55,423 bases of DNA, from positions 1 through 55,423 of the forward strand of contig JANWWW010000003.1 in the NCBI GenBank assembly GCA_025055295.1, read 5' to 3'. This stretch comes from Deltaproteobacteria bacterium (lineage in GTDB: Bacteria; Bdellovibrionota_C; UBA2361; JANWWW01). Below are positions 19,676 to 30,269 of this stretch, piece by piece. How positions within the stretch are numbered: the stretch's first letter is position 1; every line of letters starts with the position of its first letter. The position numbers were made by a program, and so were the translations under genes. The notes beneath the pieces were generated by a model. That model did no database searches. It was given only the letters and a program-made list of their open reading frames with translations, and had not been told where the DNA came from.

Positions 19676-21085
19676 ATGTCGCGTTTTGATTATGATTTGG
19701 TTGCTATAGGTTGTGGTCCAGCAGGTCAGAAAGCCGCTCTGCAAAGCGCTAAACTAAGAAAAAGAACCGCAATCGTCGATGAAAGAGAGGTAGTTGGGGG
19801 TATATGCACGAACATAGGAACTATTCCATCAAAAAGTTTCCGAGAAGCGGTGTTGTACTTATCCGGGTTTCGACAAAGGGCAATTTACGGGGCCGGTTAC
19901 CGGGTGAAATCAAAAATCGAGATGAAAGATCTTACCTATAGATGCGCCAAGATTATCGCCTCTGAGGTGGAGGTAATAAGATCTCAGTTGGCTAGAAACA
20001 ACGTGGATGTTATAACAGGCAGAGGGTCCCTCGAAGACGAACACACTGTTGTCATTTCTAAGCCGGATGGACACAAAGAGAGGATTACATCGGAGTTTAT
20101 TGTGATAGCAACGGGTGCAAAGCCTTACCATCCTCAGAACATTCAATTTGATCAGAGGACAGTGCTTGACTCGGACTTTATTCTGACGCTTCCCGAGCTT
20201 CCTAAAAGCATGATTGTAGTGGGAGGTGGGGTGATAGGAGTCGAGTATGCCACGATGTTTGCCGCTCTCGGGGTAGCCGTTACTTTGGTTGACGGCAGAA
20301 AAAGGCTTCTTGGCTTTATCGACGAGGAAATTGTCGAAAACCTCAAATATCAAATGCGGACACAAGGCATAACTCTTCGACTAGGAGAAGAAGTAACGCA
20401 GGTCAAGTGTAAGGATAATGACTCGGGAGTTGTGGTTGAACTTTCAAGCAAAAAAGTTCTGGTTTCTGACGTTGTGCTTATTTCTGCCGGTCGAACAAGC
20501 GCCACAGACGGTCTTAACCTTGAGAGTGTGGGTGTAAAGACAGGGGAAAGGGGGAAAATAGTGGTCGACTCACAGTTTAGAACATCGGTGCCAAATATTT
20601 TCGCTGTGGGTGATGTAATAGGTTTTCCGGCTTTAGCGTCCACTTCAGCTAATCAAGGAAGAATCGCAGCTCTAGCGGCTTTTGGTTTGAACTACCAGGT
20701 GATGGAATACCCTTTGCCGTTTGGGATTTATAGTATTCCCGAGATTTCAATGGTAGGTTTAACTGAAGAAGAAGCAACTGAGAAAAATATTCCTTACGAA
20801 GTTGGAATTGCCAGATACAAAGATTGCGCCAGAGGAGCGATTATCGGAGACATGGAGGGTATGTTGAAATTGTTGATTAATAGACAGGATAAATCCATCG
20901 TTGGAATTCACGTCATAGGTGAAAACGCCTCTGAGTTAGTTCACATAGGACAAGCAGCGATGTCTTTGAAAGGCACGCTAAATTATTTTCTTGACACAGT
21001 CTTTAATTTTCCAACTTTGGCTGAGTGTTACAAAATCGCCGCTTATAACTGCTTTAATAAACTTCAGGCAGCAGAAGAGTTATAA
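19676..21085 (+). CDS. sthA: soluble pyridine nucleotide transhydrogenase
   Basis: GCGPAGQKAA, GGICTNIGTIPSK (single Cys, CxxxxT), GGGVIGVEYA, GIYSIPEIS, VFNFPTLAECYKIAA. Confidence 0.93.
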   Translation: MSRFDYDLVAIGCGPAGQKAALQSAKLRKRTAIVDEREVVGGICTNIGTIPSKSFREAVLYLSGFRQRAIYGAGYRVKSKIEMKDLTYRCAKIIASEVEVIRSQLARNNVDVITGRGSLEDEHTVVISKPDGHKERITSEFIVIATGAKPYHPQNIQFDQRTVLDSDFILTLPELPKSMIVVGGGVIGVEYATMFAALGVAVTLVDGRKRLLGFIDEEIVENLKYQMRTQGITLRLGEEVTQVKCKDNDSGVVVELSSKKVLVSDVVLISAGRTSATDGLNLESVGVKTGERGKIVVDSQFRTSVPNIFAVGDVIGFPALASTSANQGRIAALAAFGLNYQVMEYPLPFGIYSIPEISMVGLTEEEATEKNIPYEVGIARYKDCARGAIIGDMEGMLKLLINRQDKSIVGIHVIGENASELVHIGQAAMSLKGTLNYFLDTVFNFPTLAECYKIAAYNCFNKLQAAEEL

Positions 21086-21370
21086 TGCGGTCGATTCTTT
21101 GGATCTAAATCTAGACTAGCTCTAACTAAATAAGCATCTTATAAAGGAAGATGCAGCAGGGACTATTTAAGCTTCTAGGTACTTTTGGTTGTCAGTTACT
21201 TGGACCCCTTCTCTTGTCACTGTATTGAGCTGACAAACGGCAAAAATATTTAAGAAAAGTTTGATACAAATGTTGTGTTGAACAGTCCTAAGATATTGGC
21301 GAAATCACTCTGGCCAACTTTTTTCAAAAAATTATTCGAATGCATACGTGAGAAAAATCAAAAGTCAATG

Positions 21371-21399
21371 TTGTCTAAGGTGTCGATTAGGCTTAAAAT
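21371..21399 (+). promoter_or_regulatory. sigma70-type promoter, leaderless geometry
   Basis: TTGTCT (21371-76), 17 nt, TAAAAT (21394-99), 7 nt, ATG 21407. Confidence 0.6.
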
Positions 21400-21406
21400 T
21401 AATTTA

Positions 21407-21910
21407 ATGACACAATTTGATAGTTTCAACGCAAGGCACCGATCGCTTCAACACGGTGATTTGTTACCTGGCAGGGTTCAAAAAAATAAAGGCTCTTTTT
21501 ACTCGAGACTTCTTTGCTTTAGCCACGGCGCTTATACACTTGGAATGATCGGGGAGCGTTTTTCCGCACGCGGGTTTGCCAAACCCATACCAGTCAACCG
21601 TAGGTATCTTAACAGGATTAATCCCCCACCCATTTCTGAACGATCAGTTTTATCTCAAGGTCCAAATTTAAATAATATTAACGAGAGACTATCAGAGCAT
21701 ATGCACATAAAATTGGAGGAAGAGGTCATGATTACAGATTCCAACTCGGTTTTCTCTCGCCGAGTGCTAGATCAAATGTCAATGACTTCACGATATCGAC
21801 AACATTGTAAGGAGTTCTTGTCACGGGTGTTTGAAAACATGAACTTTGTCATCAAGGTTTTAAGGTTTCCAACTGAGGAAGAAATAATCCGGCAGATAAG
21901 ATTTAGGTAA
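21407..21910 (+). CDS. hypothetical orphan protein (167 aa from the revised start)
   Basis: ORF-track frame 21275-21910. Start moved to in-frame ATG 21407 because a full promoter precedes it; a hairpin follows the gene. Confidence 0.55.
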   Translation: MTQFDSFNARHRSLQHGDLLPGRVQKNKGSFYSRLLCFSHGAYTLGMIGERFSARGFAKPIPVNRRYLNRINPPPISERSVLSQGPNLNNINERLSEHMHIKLEEEVMITDSNSVFSRRVLDQMSMTSRYRQHCKEFLSRVFENMNFVIKVLRFPTEEEIIRQIRFR

Positions 21911-21977
21911 AATACGGGTAAAAGCGAAGTCGATATTTAGGTCTTCAGAGTAAGTGTGGAAGAAATGCTGATTGGAA

Positions 21978-22004
21978 GTTAAGAAAAGATCGGTCTTTCT
22001 TAAC
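21978..22004 (+). terminator. stem-loop downstream of the orphan ORF
   Basis: GTTAAGAAAAGA-TCGG-TCTTTCTTAAC (11 bp with one bulge), extendable by CTGAT/ATCAG; no strong U-tract. Confidence 0.35.
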
Positions 22005-23089
22005 ATCAGTACCTTGTTTGTCAGAGATACTTTGACCTAATAGCCAGCTTTTTTTAAAAGTTATTACTTGATACAAAAACTATTGTGTAGACTTAGCTAT
22101 GCAAGTCACTTCACAATCTCTTACTTCGCTAATTTTCTACTGAACTGCGGTTATATCAGAAAATTATGAAGCCTTTACGTATTGACAAAACACAAAACAC
22201 GAAATTCATGTTTTGCCATTGGCCGTCAGCTTTGCTTTTTTGAAACATTTCAGTATCCCTTCATGTTAAAAAAGGCCTGTGTACATAACGGCTATCGTTG
22301 CAGAAATTCCAAATGAGCATCAGCTTGATCATTAATTGAATGCACAACTGTGTCATCCAGCTGTTTGCAAACAGCGTCGAAAGGAGTGCCTCAACCAAAT
22401 TTAGGAAGACATTAGTCAAGGTTTTACAATATTCCAAAATTTTGGATTTTGATTTTAATTATGGTTTTAAACTCTAAAAAGACAGTGAACATTTTGCCGA
22501 CGCCCCTCGTAATAATTATTGAAAGAGGTACTGATATAAAGGTCGATGCGGTTAGTTCAGTGAAATCTACGGCCGAAGGAACATGACGAAATTGTATTGG
22601 ATGTCATCAATCTAATTATCTTGAAAAAAACAAAGGGCTTATTAAAAAAATAACCTTTCCCCAAAGATTTGCGAAAATAATAAAAATAACCCAATCGTGA
22701 CTGGTTGAATGTTTTGGCACCATGTTTTGAAACTACACTTCTCGACAAACCAATCTTTTATAGGCTACGTCAGACGAGCATCGTGTTTTATCTCCATTTG
22801 TTTGTTTTGAAATTTAGCTAGCTAACAGCAAAAATAATTTCATATGTTTTTACAAAACTGGATTTGTGAAGAATTAATAAGATGAGGTAAAAGGGTTTAG
22901 CGAGTATGAACGGAAATATTTACGAGATTAATTGTTACTTGGACATATTTCCCCTAGATGGTTGTAAGCTTTAGTTCTTTGCTTTTGGCTAACCGAAATC
23001 GCAAGGTTGAAAGGGGTTATACGACCTCTTTTTGAAAAGATTAAATTAAGACTAAAACTTTGGACAAAGACAGTTTTTTGTCTAACAAA

Positions 23090-23632
23090 CTATTTACAAA
23101 ATACGGTCCATTCAGCGTTATTTGGGCAACTTCCGCTTATAACCTCGGTTCGGATTGACAGAACAGGCGGATCTTGCGAAACGGAAACATTAAAAAAACC
23201 GCTTCCCCCTGCCGGTATTTGCACAAAGGAAGATCCGACTTGTGATCCACTTCCGATGGGATTCCACAACATGAATTTTCTCACTGATCCAATCGAACAG
23301 GAAGAATTTGTGTCGGTTTCGATATAAATTTTGAACGACTTACATTTGAAAGAGTTGAAAAAGGATTTCGGAGAGGGACTAGGATCGGATGACCCAAAAA
23401 TGTTCAAATATTGGACACCAGTTGCGGACATGGAGCTGCTGGTTGATCCGGTTAAAACCACATAAGGAAAAGGGGCGTCAATTTTAAAATTAGCCAGCCT
23501 AGCCGCATTAATTGCCGAGAATCCATTTGGGCATCTGTTTCCTGAGTACCATTTAACGTTACCTCGAGGGTCTTTACATAATATATCCCCTAACACCACT
23601 GAGAAGAAAATTAAAAGATACACTAGGCGCAT
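23090..23632 (-). CDS. exported Cys-containing hypothetical protein
   Basis: 15-aa hydrophobic leader, six Cys, Ser/Gly-rich beta-type sequence; upstream TTGATT-18-TAACAT-7-ATG. Confidence 0.75.
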   Translation of the reverse strand: MRLVYLLIFFSVVLGDILCKDPRGNVKWYSGNRCPNGFSAINAARLANFKIDAPFPYVVLTGSTSSSMSATGVQYLNIFGSSDPSPSPKSFFNSFKCKSFKIYIETDTNSSCSIGSVRKFMLWNPIGSGSQVGSSFVQIPAGGSGFFNVSVSQDPPVLSIRTEVISGSCPNNAEWTVFCK

Positions 23633-24151
23633 GGATCATATGTTAATTTGACTCCAATAACTTAATCAATACCAGGCTTTTCAAGCCATTTTTTAAAAAA
23701 TTAAACTATCCGTATCCTTAGTCTTAGTTAAAACCTGACGAACATGTAAGTAAGTACAAAACTGCGCAGTGAAATTTCGCTTTAAGTTCAAAACAAGTGA
23801 ATGTCTGTAAAATATGTCTTTAGATTTTGAGCAATTCTTAAAAAAGCCATATTGTTACACCAAAGCCCTGACGATATTGCACCCAGTTTTTTTAATAACG
23901 AAAAAATTGCATGACGCTTCATTTAATTTTTAAAGAAGCCGTTATAGCACAGCGTTAAGTGTGAAGATTAAATAGCCAACGACTTAATTAACACTATGCT
24001 TTCAGGTATTAATGGTCATACTTCATGCTTTAAAGAACAGCTAATGAACCTTAGCGTTTCGCGCATTTGGTTTTTCAACGCATTTTTCACCGAACAAAAT
24101 GTAAAGGCATTGACCAAAGTTCGAGTTTATTGTATCTAATCAAAAAGTCAA

Positions 24152-24577
24152 ATGAGGCTAGCAGTATTGTGTTTAAGTACTGTGTACTTAATCTCCGAGG
24201 AAAATTTACCAACTTTAAAGCCGGGACTTTGGAAGTTTGAAACACAGGTTCAAATACCGGGACTTAATCAAAAAATCACTACTTCTACGGACGTATGCCT
24301 AAAATCGGGTAGTTTTAAGGAGTTTTCAGGAAAGGATTTAAACACAGCCAGCGAAACTGCAAAAAATTTTGGCTGTTCTTTTAAGAACATAAGCTATCCC
24401 GAAAAAAACCGAGTAACATATGAGATACAATGTGAACAATCAAAAGACACAACATTGCAGTACGATCTCATTTATTCTGACACGAGCTTGTCGGGGAAAA
24501 TGAGCTTTAAAGGACCTAGTAATTATTTGTCCTCCTCGTCAATCAAAGCAAAGCGTGTAGGAGATTGTAAACAATGA
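24152..24577 (+). CDS. DUF3617-family exported protein
   Basis: LKPGLWKF...VCL...C...C...KAKRVGDCK, the typical DUF3617 pattern. Confidence 0.8.
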   Translation: MRLAVLCLSTVYLISEENLPTLKPGLWKFETQVQIPGLNQKITTSTDVCLKSGSFKEFSGKDLNTASETAKNFGCSFKNISYPEKNRVTYEIQCEQSKDTTLQYDLIYSDTSLSGKMSFKGPSNYLSSSSIKAKRVGDCKQ

Positions 24578-25518
24578 AGTTAAGGATTTTTCTGCTCGCA
24601 ACTATATTTTTATTAGCCCAAGAAAAAGACGTTAAGGGTTCCAAAGATCATCCCTTGCTTTCAAGGTACCCAGGATCCGTGATTAGAAATTATTTGGAAA
24701 AGGAATACGAAGAATTTTTTCTTCGAACAGGCCCTGTTGCGAGTTTTGTTCAGCCAGAGGGTGAAACCCTAAAAGTTGAAGGAAAGGTTACAAGAATTAA
24801 CTACATAGCTCCTCAGGGTAGATCTGCTTTTGAGGTATTCAAGAACTACGAAAAAGCAATTTTGGATGCTGGGGGCCAAGTAATCTGGTCGTGTGTTAAC
24901 GAAGCGTGTGGAAAGGGCCTCTCTCAGGCGCTTTTAACCGGAGAATTTAGAGGAGAGGCTAATCTAATGGGGTATAACGAAAAAGATCAACGGTATATGG
25001 CAGCTAAATTGTCGCTTGGCGGAAAGGAGTTTTATGTTTCGATTTTTACCGTAGGAGCTTACAGCATTGGAGGTCCCATGAAAGGAAGGGTTTTTACACA
25101 GGTTGATATTATCGAAATAAAAAAAATGGATGAAGGATTGGTTACAATAGACGAAGCTCGGCTAAAATCAGCGTTAGAAAGGGAAGGCAAAGTAGTCATT
25201 TACGGAATTCACTTTGATTTTGACAGCAGCAAAATAAAGCCTGAGTCGAATCCTCAACTTGATGAAATTGCAAAGGCTCTGGCAGCTGATCAAAAGGTTT
25301 ATTTAGTGGTAGGACATACAGACAACCAAGGTCAACTTGATTATAATCAACGATTGTCTGAAGCGAGAGCAAACGCGGTCGTAGAAGCATTGGTTCAAAG
25401 AGGGATCCAAAGAGATAGGTTGATCCCCGTAGGAGTAGGAATGAGCGCGCCTGTTGCATCCAATGAAACCGAAGAAGGCAGGGCTAAAAACCGTCGGGTA
25501 GAGCTTGTAAGACGTTAA
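24574..25518 (+). CDS. OmpA-family peptidoglycan-binding protein with DUF4892-like N-terminal domain
   Basis: DVKGSKDHPLLSRYPGS, EGKVTRINY; YGIHFDFD, VGHTD, NQRLSEARA, GRAKNRRVELV; ATGA overlap with the upstream gene. Confidence 0.9.
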   Translation: MKLRIFLLATIFLLAQEKDVKGSKDHPLLSRYPGSVIRNYLEKEYEEFFLRTGPVASFVQPEGETLKVEGKVTRINYIAPQGRSAFEVFKNYEKAILDAGGQVIWSCVNEACGKGLSQALLTGEFRGEANLMGYNEKDQRYMAAKLSLGGKEFYVSIFTVGAYSIGGPMKGRVFTQVDIIEIKKMDEGLVTIDEARLKSALEREGKVVIYGIHFDFDSSKIKPESNPQLDEIAKALAADQKVYLVVGHTDNQGQLDYNQRLSEARANAVVEALVQRGIQRDRLIPVGVGMSAPVASNETEEGRAKNRRVELVRR

Positions 25519-25769
25519 AAAAGCAACTCTCATTTCTTAATCAGTAGCGCTGATTTAGTTGTTTTCCGTTGATACTCTAGAGCACATCTTACCAAATAAA
25601 CTTGCGAGTGGTATTTCAACAAGACATCCGTCACTGTTTGAGATATTGTTTTTAAATAAGTGTTCAAATTTTTTGCTTTTGTAGACCTTGCGATAACCCT
25701 ACAGTAAATGCATTTGGCAAAAAAAAAATTATAGAGTTTGAAAATTACAGTAGAGCCTTGCATCAGTGA

Positions 25770-25800
25770 AATAATAAAAGTGCCCTTACCGCTAAGGGCA
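25770..25800 (-). terminator. intrinsic terminator-like hairpin, possibly bidirectional
   Basis: TGCCCTTA-CCGC-TAAGGGCA (25781-25800); the minus strand continues CTTTTATTATTT and the plus strand ATATTTT. Confidence 0.55.
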
Positions 25801-26878
25801 ATATTTTAACTCTTTGTCAATACGACTTTCGTTTTTATTATAAAAATCAAGTTATGCTCGTTTAGCAGTTTGGTTTTAGCTTTCGAAACGTTAAATGCTA
25901 ATTTCACACCGATATTTCAAACTGGTTTTTGATAATTCCTCTCCAAAGCGTAATTATGTGATAATTTTTGCCGTCGATGGTTTTAATCTTTTTAATGTGA
26001 AAGTGACAAATTTGCAACAATAAGGTATCCTCTCAAACGCAACACCCCTCGTCACTTTTACGCAAGACTTTTGTGGTAAAGTTATAGGTCAATACTCCTA
26101 GATCGCGTTAAGTGATTTTATTTTTCAAAAATCTTATTAGTTGACCGTAGGTATCCACCGAGGAACCATCAATCAATTCCGGAACAATCAAATCCCTGTA
26201 ATGACATCTACTTAAATGACATCAGTCAGCAATCCATGCTCTATGTCACAACAAAGAAAGCCGTTACTTTCGGTAACCTGAAAAATTTAATCTCCAGGAT
26301 CATTGCCGCATTTTAAAAAATCAAATTCTTTTTCTGGTTCACACACCATTGAGATTTTACCGGACAAATGTCACTCTCACGCAGGCAACGTTTATCTTGA
26401 AGTTAATTGATCAAAAATTTTGTGCCCAAATGAAACATCGTAATCGGCATGCTTAACTGTGTTAAAAAAAAGTTCCGAAAGTATAACTTGGCTTTACTTT
26501 GAGTTAGGCGCTTAATAAGAAATCGTGCAAGTGTGGCTTTTAATACGAACTTAGCTTTGGGTTAATACTTAACATTTAAAGGCTGCTGTTACATTTTGAA
26601 AAACTCAACCGGTAAGTCGAGTAAAGCCAGGATAGAACTTGGTGGATTTATTAAACATTGTTAATGCCCGCAAATAAAGTGGGGCCAGAAAACTTAGTTA
26701 TTTCCAGAAACTGCGGCCAAGTTATCATATTAGACTATGACATAATTAAATTACACAGAATTTATTTGTAGTAAGTTAACTGGCCAAGTTTCATTTCAAG
26801 AACTAGCCGCATTTTGAAGAATGTCTCGATTTTTCAAATATCAAAGGTCAAATTGAACATTCTTTTTAATTTTGATCG

Positions 26879-27724
26879 TTAAAACTTGAGCCAAGAAATG
26901 TGATCGCTTGATATTTTTTCGAACTCCTCAAATTTACAAAGTAGCGCTGCCGTAAAAAGTCCAGAGTCATAAAGGTGTCGCCTTTCTAAGAGGTTAAGAG
27001 CAAGATCGAAATTAAGCACGAGATCCTCAAAATTTCTGTCTTGATCAAGAAGAAATTTTTTGAGCAAAATCAGGTAACATACTCGAAAAAACTTTTTTTT
27101 ATCGATCGATTCTTCAAACAAAACTAGGAGCGGAATGATGTATTTTCGAGATAAATATGCAACCCAGGCTTTGTCGAGTTTCGTTAAATCAATATTATGT
27201 TTCTCGTCTTCTTCGAGCAGATTATTGATTTCCTCTTCAAGCTCTATTACTTTTGCGTCAACATAAGAGCTGCCTGGATAAATATGCCATGGTACCATGC
27301 GTGAAAGAATAGTCAACGGTAGATAGGATGTTGTTGAGCAAGCTGATATAATGTAGGCGTAAGACGGAGGTTCTTCAAAAATTTTAAGTAATGAGTTCAA
27401 AACTTGTTTGTTTGCTTTGTCCAAATCACTTAAAAAAAAGATCCGGTGGCTTGAGAGATAAGGCAGTTTATGAATATGTTTTAAAGCATTTTTCAAGTCG
27501 GTTACTGTTTCGGTTCCTTGAACTGACACAATATCAGGGTGCTGATTAATCTCGATCAATTTACAGTTTTGACAGCTATCACAACCGAATTTTTCGCAAA
27601 GCAACCACTTGAAAACTCTATGAAGTACTTTGATTATAGCAAGTTTCGGCCCCACAAAAACGTTTGTTTGTGGGAAAGTTTTGTTTTTTATTGCGGACTC
27701 AATTTGACGCAGTACCTGGTCCAT
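26879..27724 (-). CDS. holB: DNA polymerase III subunit delta'
   Basis: Zn module CEKFGCDSCQNC, HPD, NSLLKIFEEPP, LPLTILSR; follows tmk; ATG 27724 preferred. Confidence 0.85.
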   Translation of the reverse strand: MDQVLRQIESAIKNKTFPQTNVFVGPKLAIIKVLHRVFKWLLCEKFGCDSCQNCKLIEINQHPDIVSVQGTETVTDLKNALKHIHKLPYLSSHRIFFLSDLDKANKQVLNSLLKIFEEPPSYAYIISACSTTSYLPLTILSRMVPWHIYPGSSYVDAKVIELEEEINNLLEEDEKHNIDLTKLDKAWVAYLSRKYIIPLLVLFEESIDKKKFFRVCYLILLKKFLLDQDRNFEDLVLNFDLALNLLERRHLYDSGLFTAALLCKFEEFEKISSDHISWLKF

Positions 27725-28346
27725 AAAAAACGTGAACCAAAATATTTTCGCATACTTTGAATATTTCTTCCTCAGCAATGTTTGTTGTGTCTATTACAAA
27801 AAACTTTTCTGGCAGAGCTTGTGCTTGACTTAGGAAAGACCCTCGAACTCTTTGGTGAAAGTCTAATGATTCTTTTTCAATTCTGTCAAGTGAGAAATTT
27901 TTCATTTTTCTCGAAAGTCCAACAAGGGGATCAACATCAAGAAGAACTACAAGGTCAGGAACGAAATCGCCAACAATATTTTTGCAAAGGTTTAATGTGA
28001 ACTCTTCCCCCAAAAGGCGACCTGCTCCTTGAAATGCAACTGTTGAATAATAGTAACGATCGCACACAATTGGAGTCGTAATCGATTTTAATAGTTTTAT
28101 GTGTTCTGCCCGATCGGCAAGAACTAAAAATAGTTCAGAGAGTGAACACAGATTTCCCGAGAAGTTAAGCACAATGTCGCGAATTTTTTCTCCCAAGAGC
28201 GTTCCCCCCGGCTCCCGAGTGAAATAAAAAGAACCGCCAAATTCTTGCTTAAGTTTTTTTATTACCGATGTTTTACCACTGCCATTTGGTCCGTCAAAAA
28301 CAACGAATTTTCCTCTTGGTAAATCGGATATATCTTCAATAATCAA
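27699..28346 (-). CDS. tmk: thymidylate kinase
   Basis: FDGPNGSGKT, TREPGGT, DRAEH, CDRYYYSTVAFQGAGR, DRIE. Confidence 0.96.
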   Translation of the reverse strand: MIIEDISDLPRGKFVVFDGPNGSGKTSVIKKLKQEFGGSFYFTREPGGTLLGEKIRDIVLNFSGNLCSLSELFLVLADRAEHIKLLKSITTPIVCDRYYYSTVAFQGAGRLLGEEFTLNLCKNIVGDFVPDLVVLLDVDPLVGLSRKMKNFSLDRIEKESLDFHQRVRGSFLSQAQALPEKFFVIDTTNIAEEEIFKVCENILVHVFYGPGTASN

Positions 28347-28352
28347 GAGCTT

Positions 28353-28730
28353 TCAAGATTGTTCATCAAAAAAAATCTTTAGACCCCATTCAATGTGTTT
28401 CGAAGTAAAAGGTTTAGTTATGTAATAATCAGCTCCTTGTTTGTATCCCTCTAGAACATCAGTGTCCGCGTCTCTTGCAGTAACCATCATAATTGGGGTT
28501 TCGGCATATCTAGGCATTTCTCTGATTTTGCTCATAAGTTCATAACCGTTCATTTCCGGCATCATTATGTCCAGTATGAATAGGTCCAGTTTTTCCGGAG
28601 AACTTGTTATGAATTCCAATGCCTTTGGTCCCGATTCGGCCAAAAAAGCCTTATGTCCCAAGCCTTCTAGAATTTTCCCTAAAATTTCTCTAGTGTCGAG
28701 GTCGTCATCGACAACAAGGATCTTTTTCAT
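28353..28730 (-). CDS. single-domain response regulator
   Basis: KKILVVDDD, LDIMMPEMNG, VTA, GADYYITKPF. Start set at ATG 28730, which has TG-T-TAAACT 7 nt upstream. Confidence 0.92.
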   Translation of the reverse strand: MKKILVVDDDLDTREILGKILEGLGHKAFLAESGPKALEFITSSPEKLDLFILDIMMPEMNGYELMSKIREMPRYAETPIMMVTARDADTDVLEGYKQGADYYITKPFTSKHIEWGLKIFFDEQS

Positions 28731-28779
28731 AGCCGTTAGTTTAACAGATTTCGACATAAAGTATAAATTTCTTTAAATC

Positions 28780-28796
28780 TTGACTTTTTGAGTCAA
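28780..28796. promoter_or_regulatory. IscR/Rrf2-type palindromic operator upstream of sufB
   Basis: TTGACT-TTTTG-AGTCAA matches the GACT-N5-AGTC core of IscR type-1 sites and lies in the sufB promoter region (TAAAAT at 28805-10). Confidence 0.6.
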
Positions 28797-28820
28797 AATT
28801 GCGATAAAATATAAATAGAG

Positions 28821-30269
28821 ATGGTATCTCACGCTTCAGAGGAGACTTTTGAGCATAGTAAAGATTCGAGTTTTGACTTTAATTCTTTTTTGTACGAAAC
28901 AAAATACAATTTTACCACGGACATTCAGCCGGTTTTTCATTCATCAAAAGGCTTAAGTCACAAACTTATAGATGAAATATCAGATCAAAAAAACGAACCT
29001 TCTTGGATGCGGGAATTCAGGCACAAAAGCCTTGATATTTTCCTTTCAAAGCCGATGCCATGGTGGGCACCTAAGGGTATCAATAACATTAACTTCGACG
29101 AGTTAACTTACTATGTAAAGCCAACCGAAAAGCAGGGTAAGAGTTGGGACGAGGTCCCTCAATCTATTAAAGAAACCTTTGAAAAGCTTGGTATTCCCGA
29201 AGCGGAAAGAAAATTTTTGGCAGGGGTAGGCGCGCAATTTGAAAGTGAGGTTGTTTATCACTCCTTAAAAAAAGAATGGGAGTCAAAAGGCGTCATTTTT
29301 CTTGACATGGACTCGGCTGTTAAAGAAATTCCGGATCTTGTAAAAAAATATTGGGCAACAGTAATCCCTCCAAATGACAACAAGTTTGCGGCCTTAAATT
29401 CCGCTGTTTGGTCGGGAGGTAGTTTTGTCTTCATCCCGAGTGGAGTAGAAGTAGAAATTCCCCTTCAGGCTTATTTCAGGATCAATGCAGAAAGATTTGG
29501 TCAGTTTGAGCGAACACTGATAATCGTCGAAGAAGGTGGGAAAGGCCACTATGTCGAAGGTTGCACCGCGCCGCTTTACACGAGCGAAAGTTTACATGCG
29601 GCGGTTGTTGAAATCGTGGTAAAACGCGCTGGCAGGTTTCGGTATTCAACGGTTCAAAACTGGGCAAACAACATTTACAATCTGGTAACTAAACGCGCAA
29701 TAGCCTATGAGGGTGCTGTGATGGAATGGGTCGATGGCAACATAGGCTCAAAAATCACAATGAAGTATCCATCAGTCTACCTCATGGGAGAAGGCGCGCA
29801 TGCTGAAATTTTAAGCGTGGCCTTTGCTAAAGACGGTCAACATCAGGATACCGGAGCTAAGGTTTATCATCTTGCCCCGAGAACTACTTCAAAAATAATA
29901 TCAAAGAGCATCTCTAAAGGCCGTGGCATCAGCTCATATAGAGGTCTTATTTATGTGAAAAAAGGGGCAAAATCAGCGAGATCAAATGTCGAGTGTGACG
30001 CTTTGCTTCTTGATGAAAATAGCAGAACTGAAACATATCCTACCAATCAAGTCTTTGAGGAAACGGCTCAAGTAGGTCATGAAGCCAGCGTTTCCAAGAT
30101 CTCTGAGAAACAGCTTTTTTATTTGATGTCAAGGGGGCTTTCGGAAGATCAAGCGGTTTCACTAATCGTAAGAGGGTTCATGGACGAGGTAGTGAAGGCG
30201 CTTCCAATGGAGTTTGCCCTGGAATGGAACAAACTAGTTGAACTGGAATTAGAAGGCTCGGTAGGGTAG
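28821..30269 (+). CDS. sufB: Fe-S cluster assembly protein SufB
   Basis: TFEKLGIPEAER, AQFESEV, KFAALNSAVWSGGSF, GQFERTLI, YVEGCTAP, HEASVSKI, LPMEFA. Confidence 0.97.
   Translation: MVSHASEETFEHSKDSSFDFNSFLYETKYNFTTDIQPVFHSSKGLSHKLIDEISDQKNEPSWMREFRHKSLDIFLSKPMPWWAPKGINNINFDELTYYVKPTEKQGKSWDEVPQSIKETFEKLGIPEAERKFLAGVGAQFESEVVYHSLKKEWESKGVIFLDMDSAVKEIPDLVKKYWATVIPPNDNKFAALNSAVWSGGSFVFIPSGVEVEIPLQAYFRINAERFGQFERTLIIVEEGGKGHYVEGCTAPLYTSESLHAAVVEIVVKRAGRFRYSTVQNWANNIYNLVTKRAIAYEGAVMEWVDGNIGSKITMKYPSVYLMGEGAHAEILSVAFAKDGQHQDTGAKVYHLAPRTTSKIISKSISKGRGISSYRGLIYVKKGAKSARSNVECDALLLDENSRTETYPTNQVFEETAQVGHEASVSKISEKQLFYLMSRGLSEDQAVSLIVRGFMDEVVKALPMEFALEWNKLVELELEGSVG

Noticed and set aside
22433-22446. 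Perfect 14-bp palindrome TCCAAAATTTTGGA (likewise AAAATGATCATTTT at 52941-52954)
   Set aside because: A few such palindromes are expected by chance in 55 kb of AT-rich DNA, and neither lies in a promoter position
26116-26315. Open frame of about 66 codons in the large spacer
   Set aside because: No start codon near its 5' end and no recognisable homology
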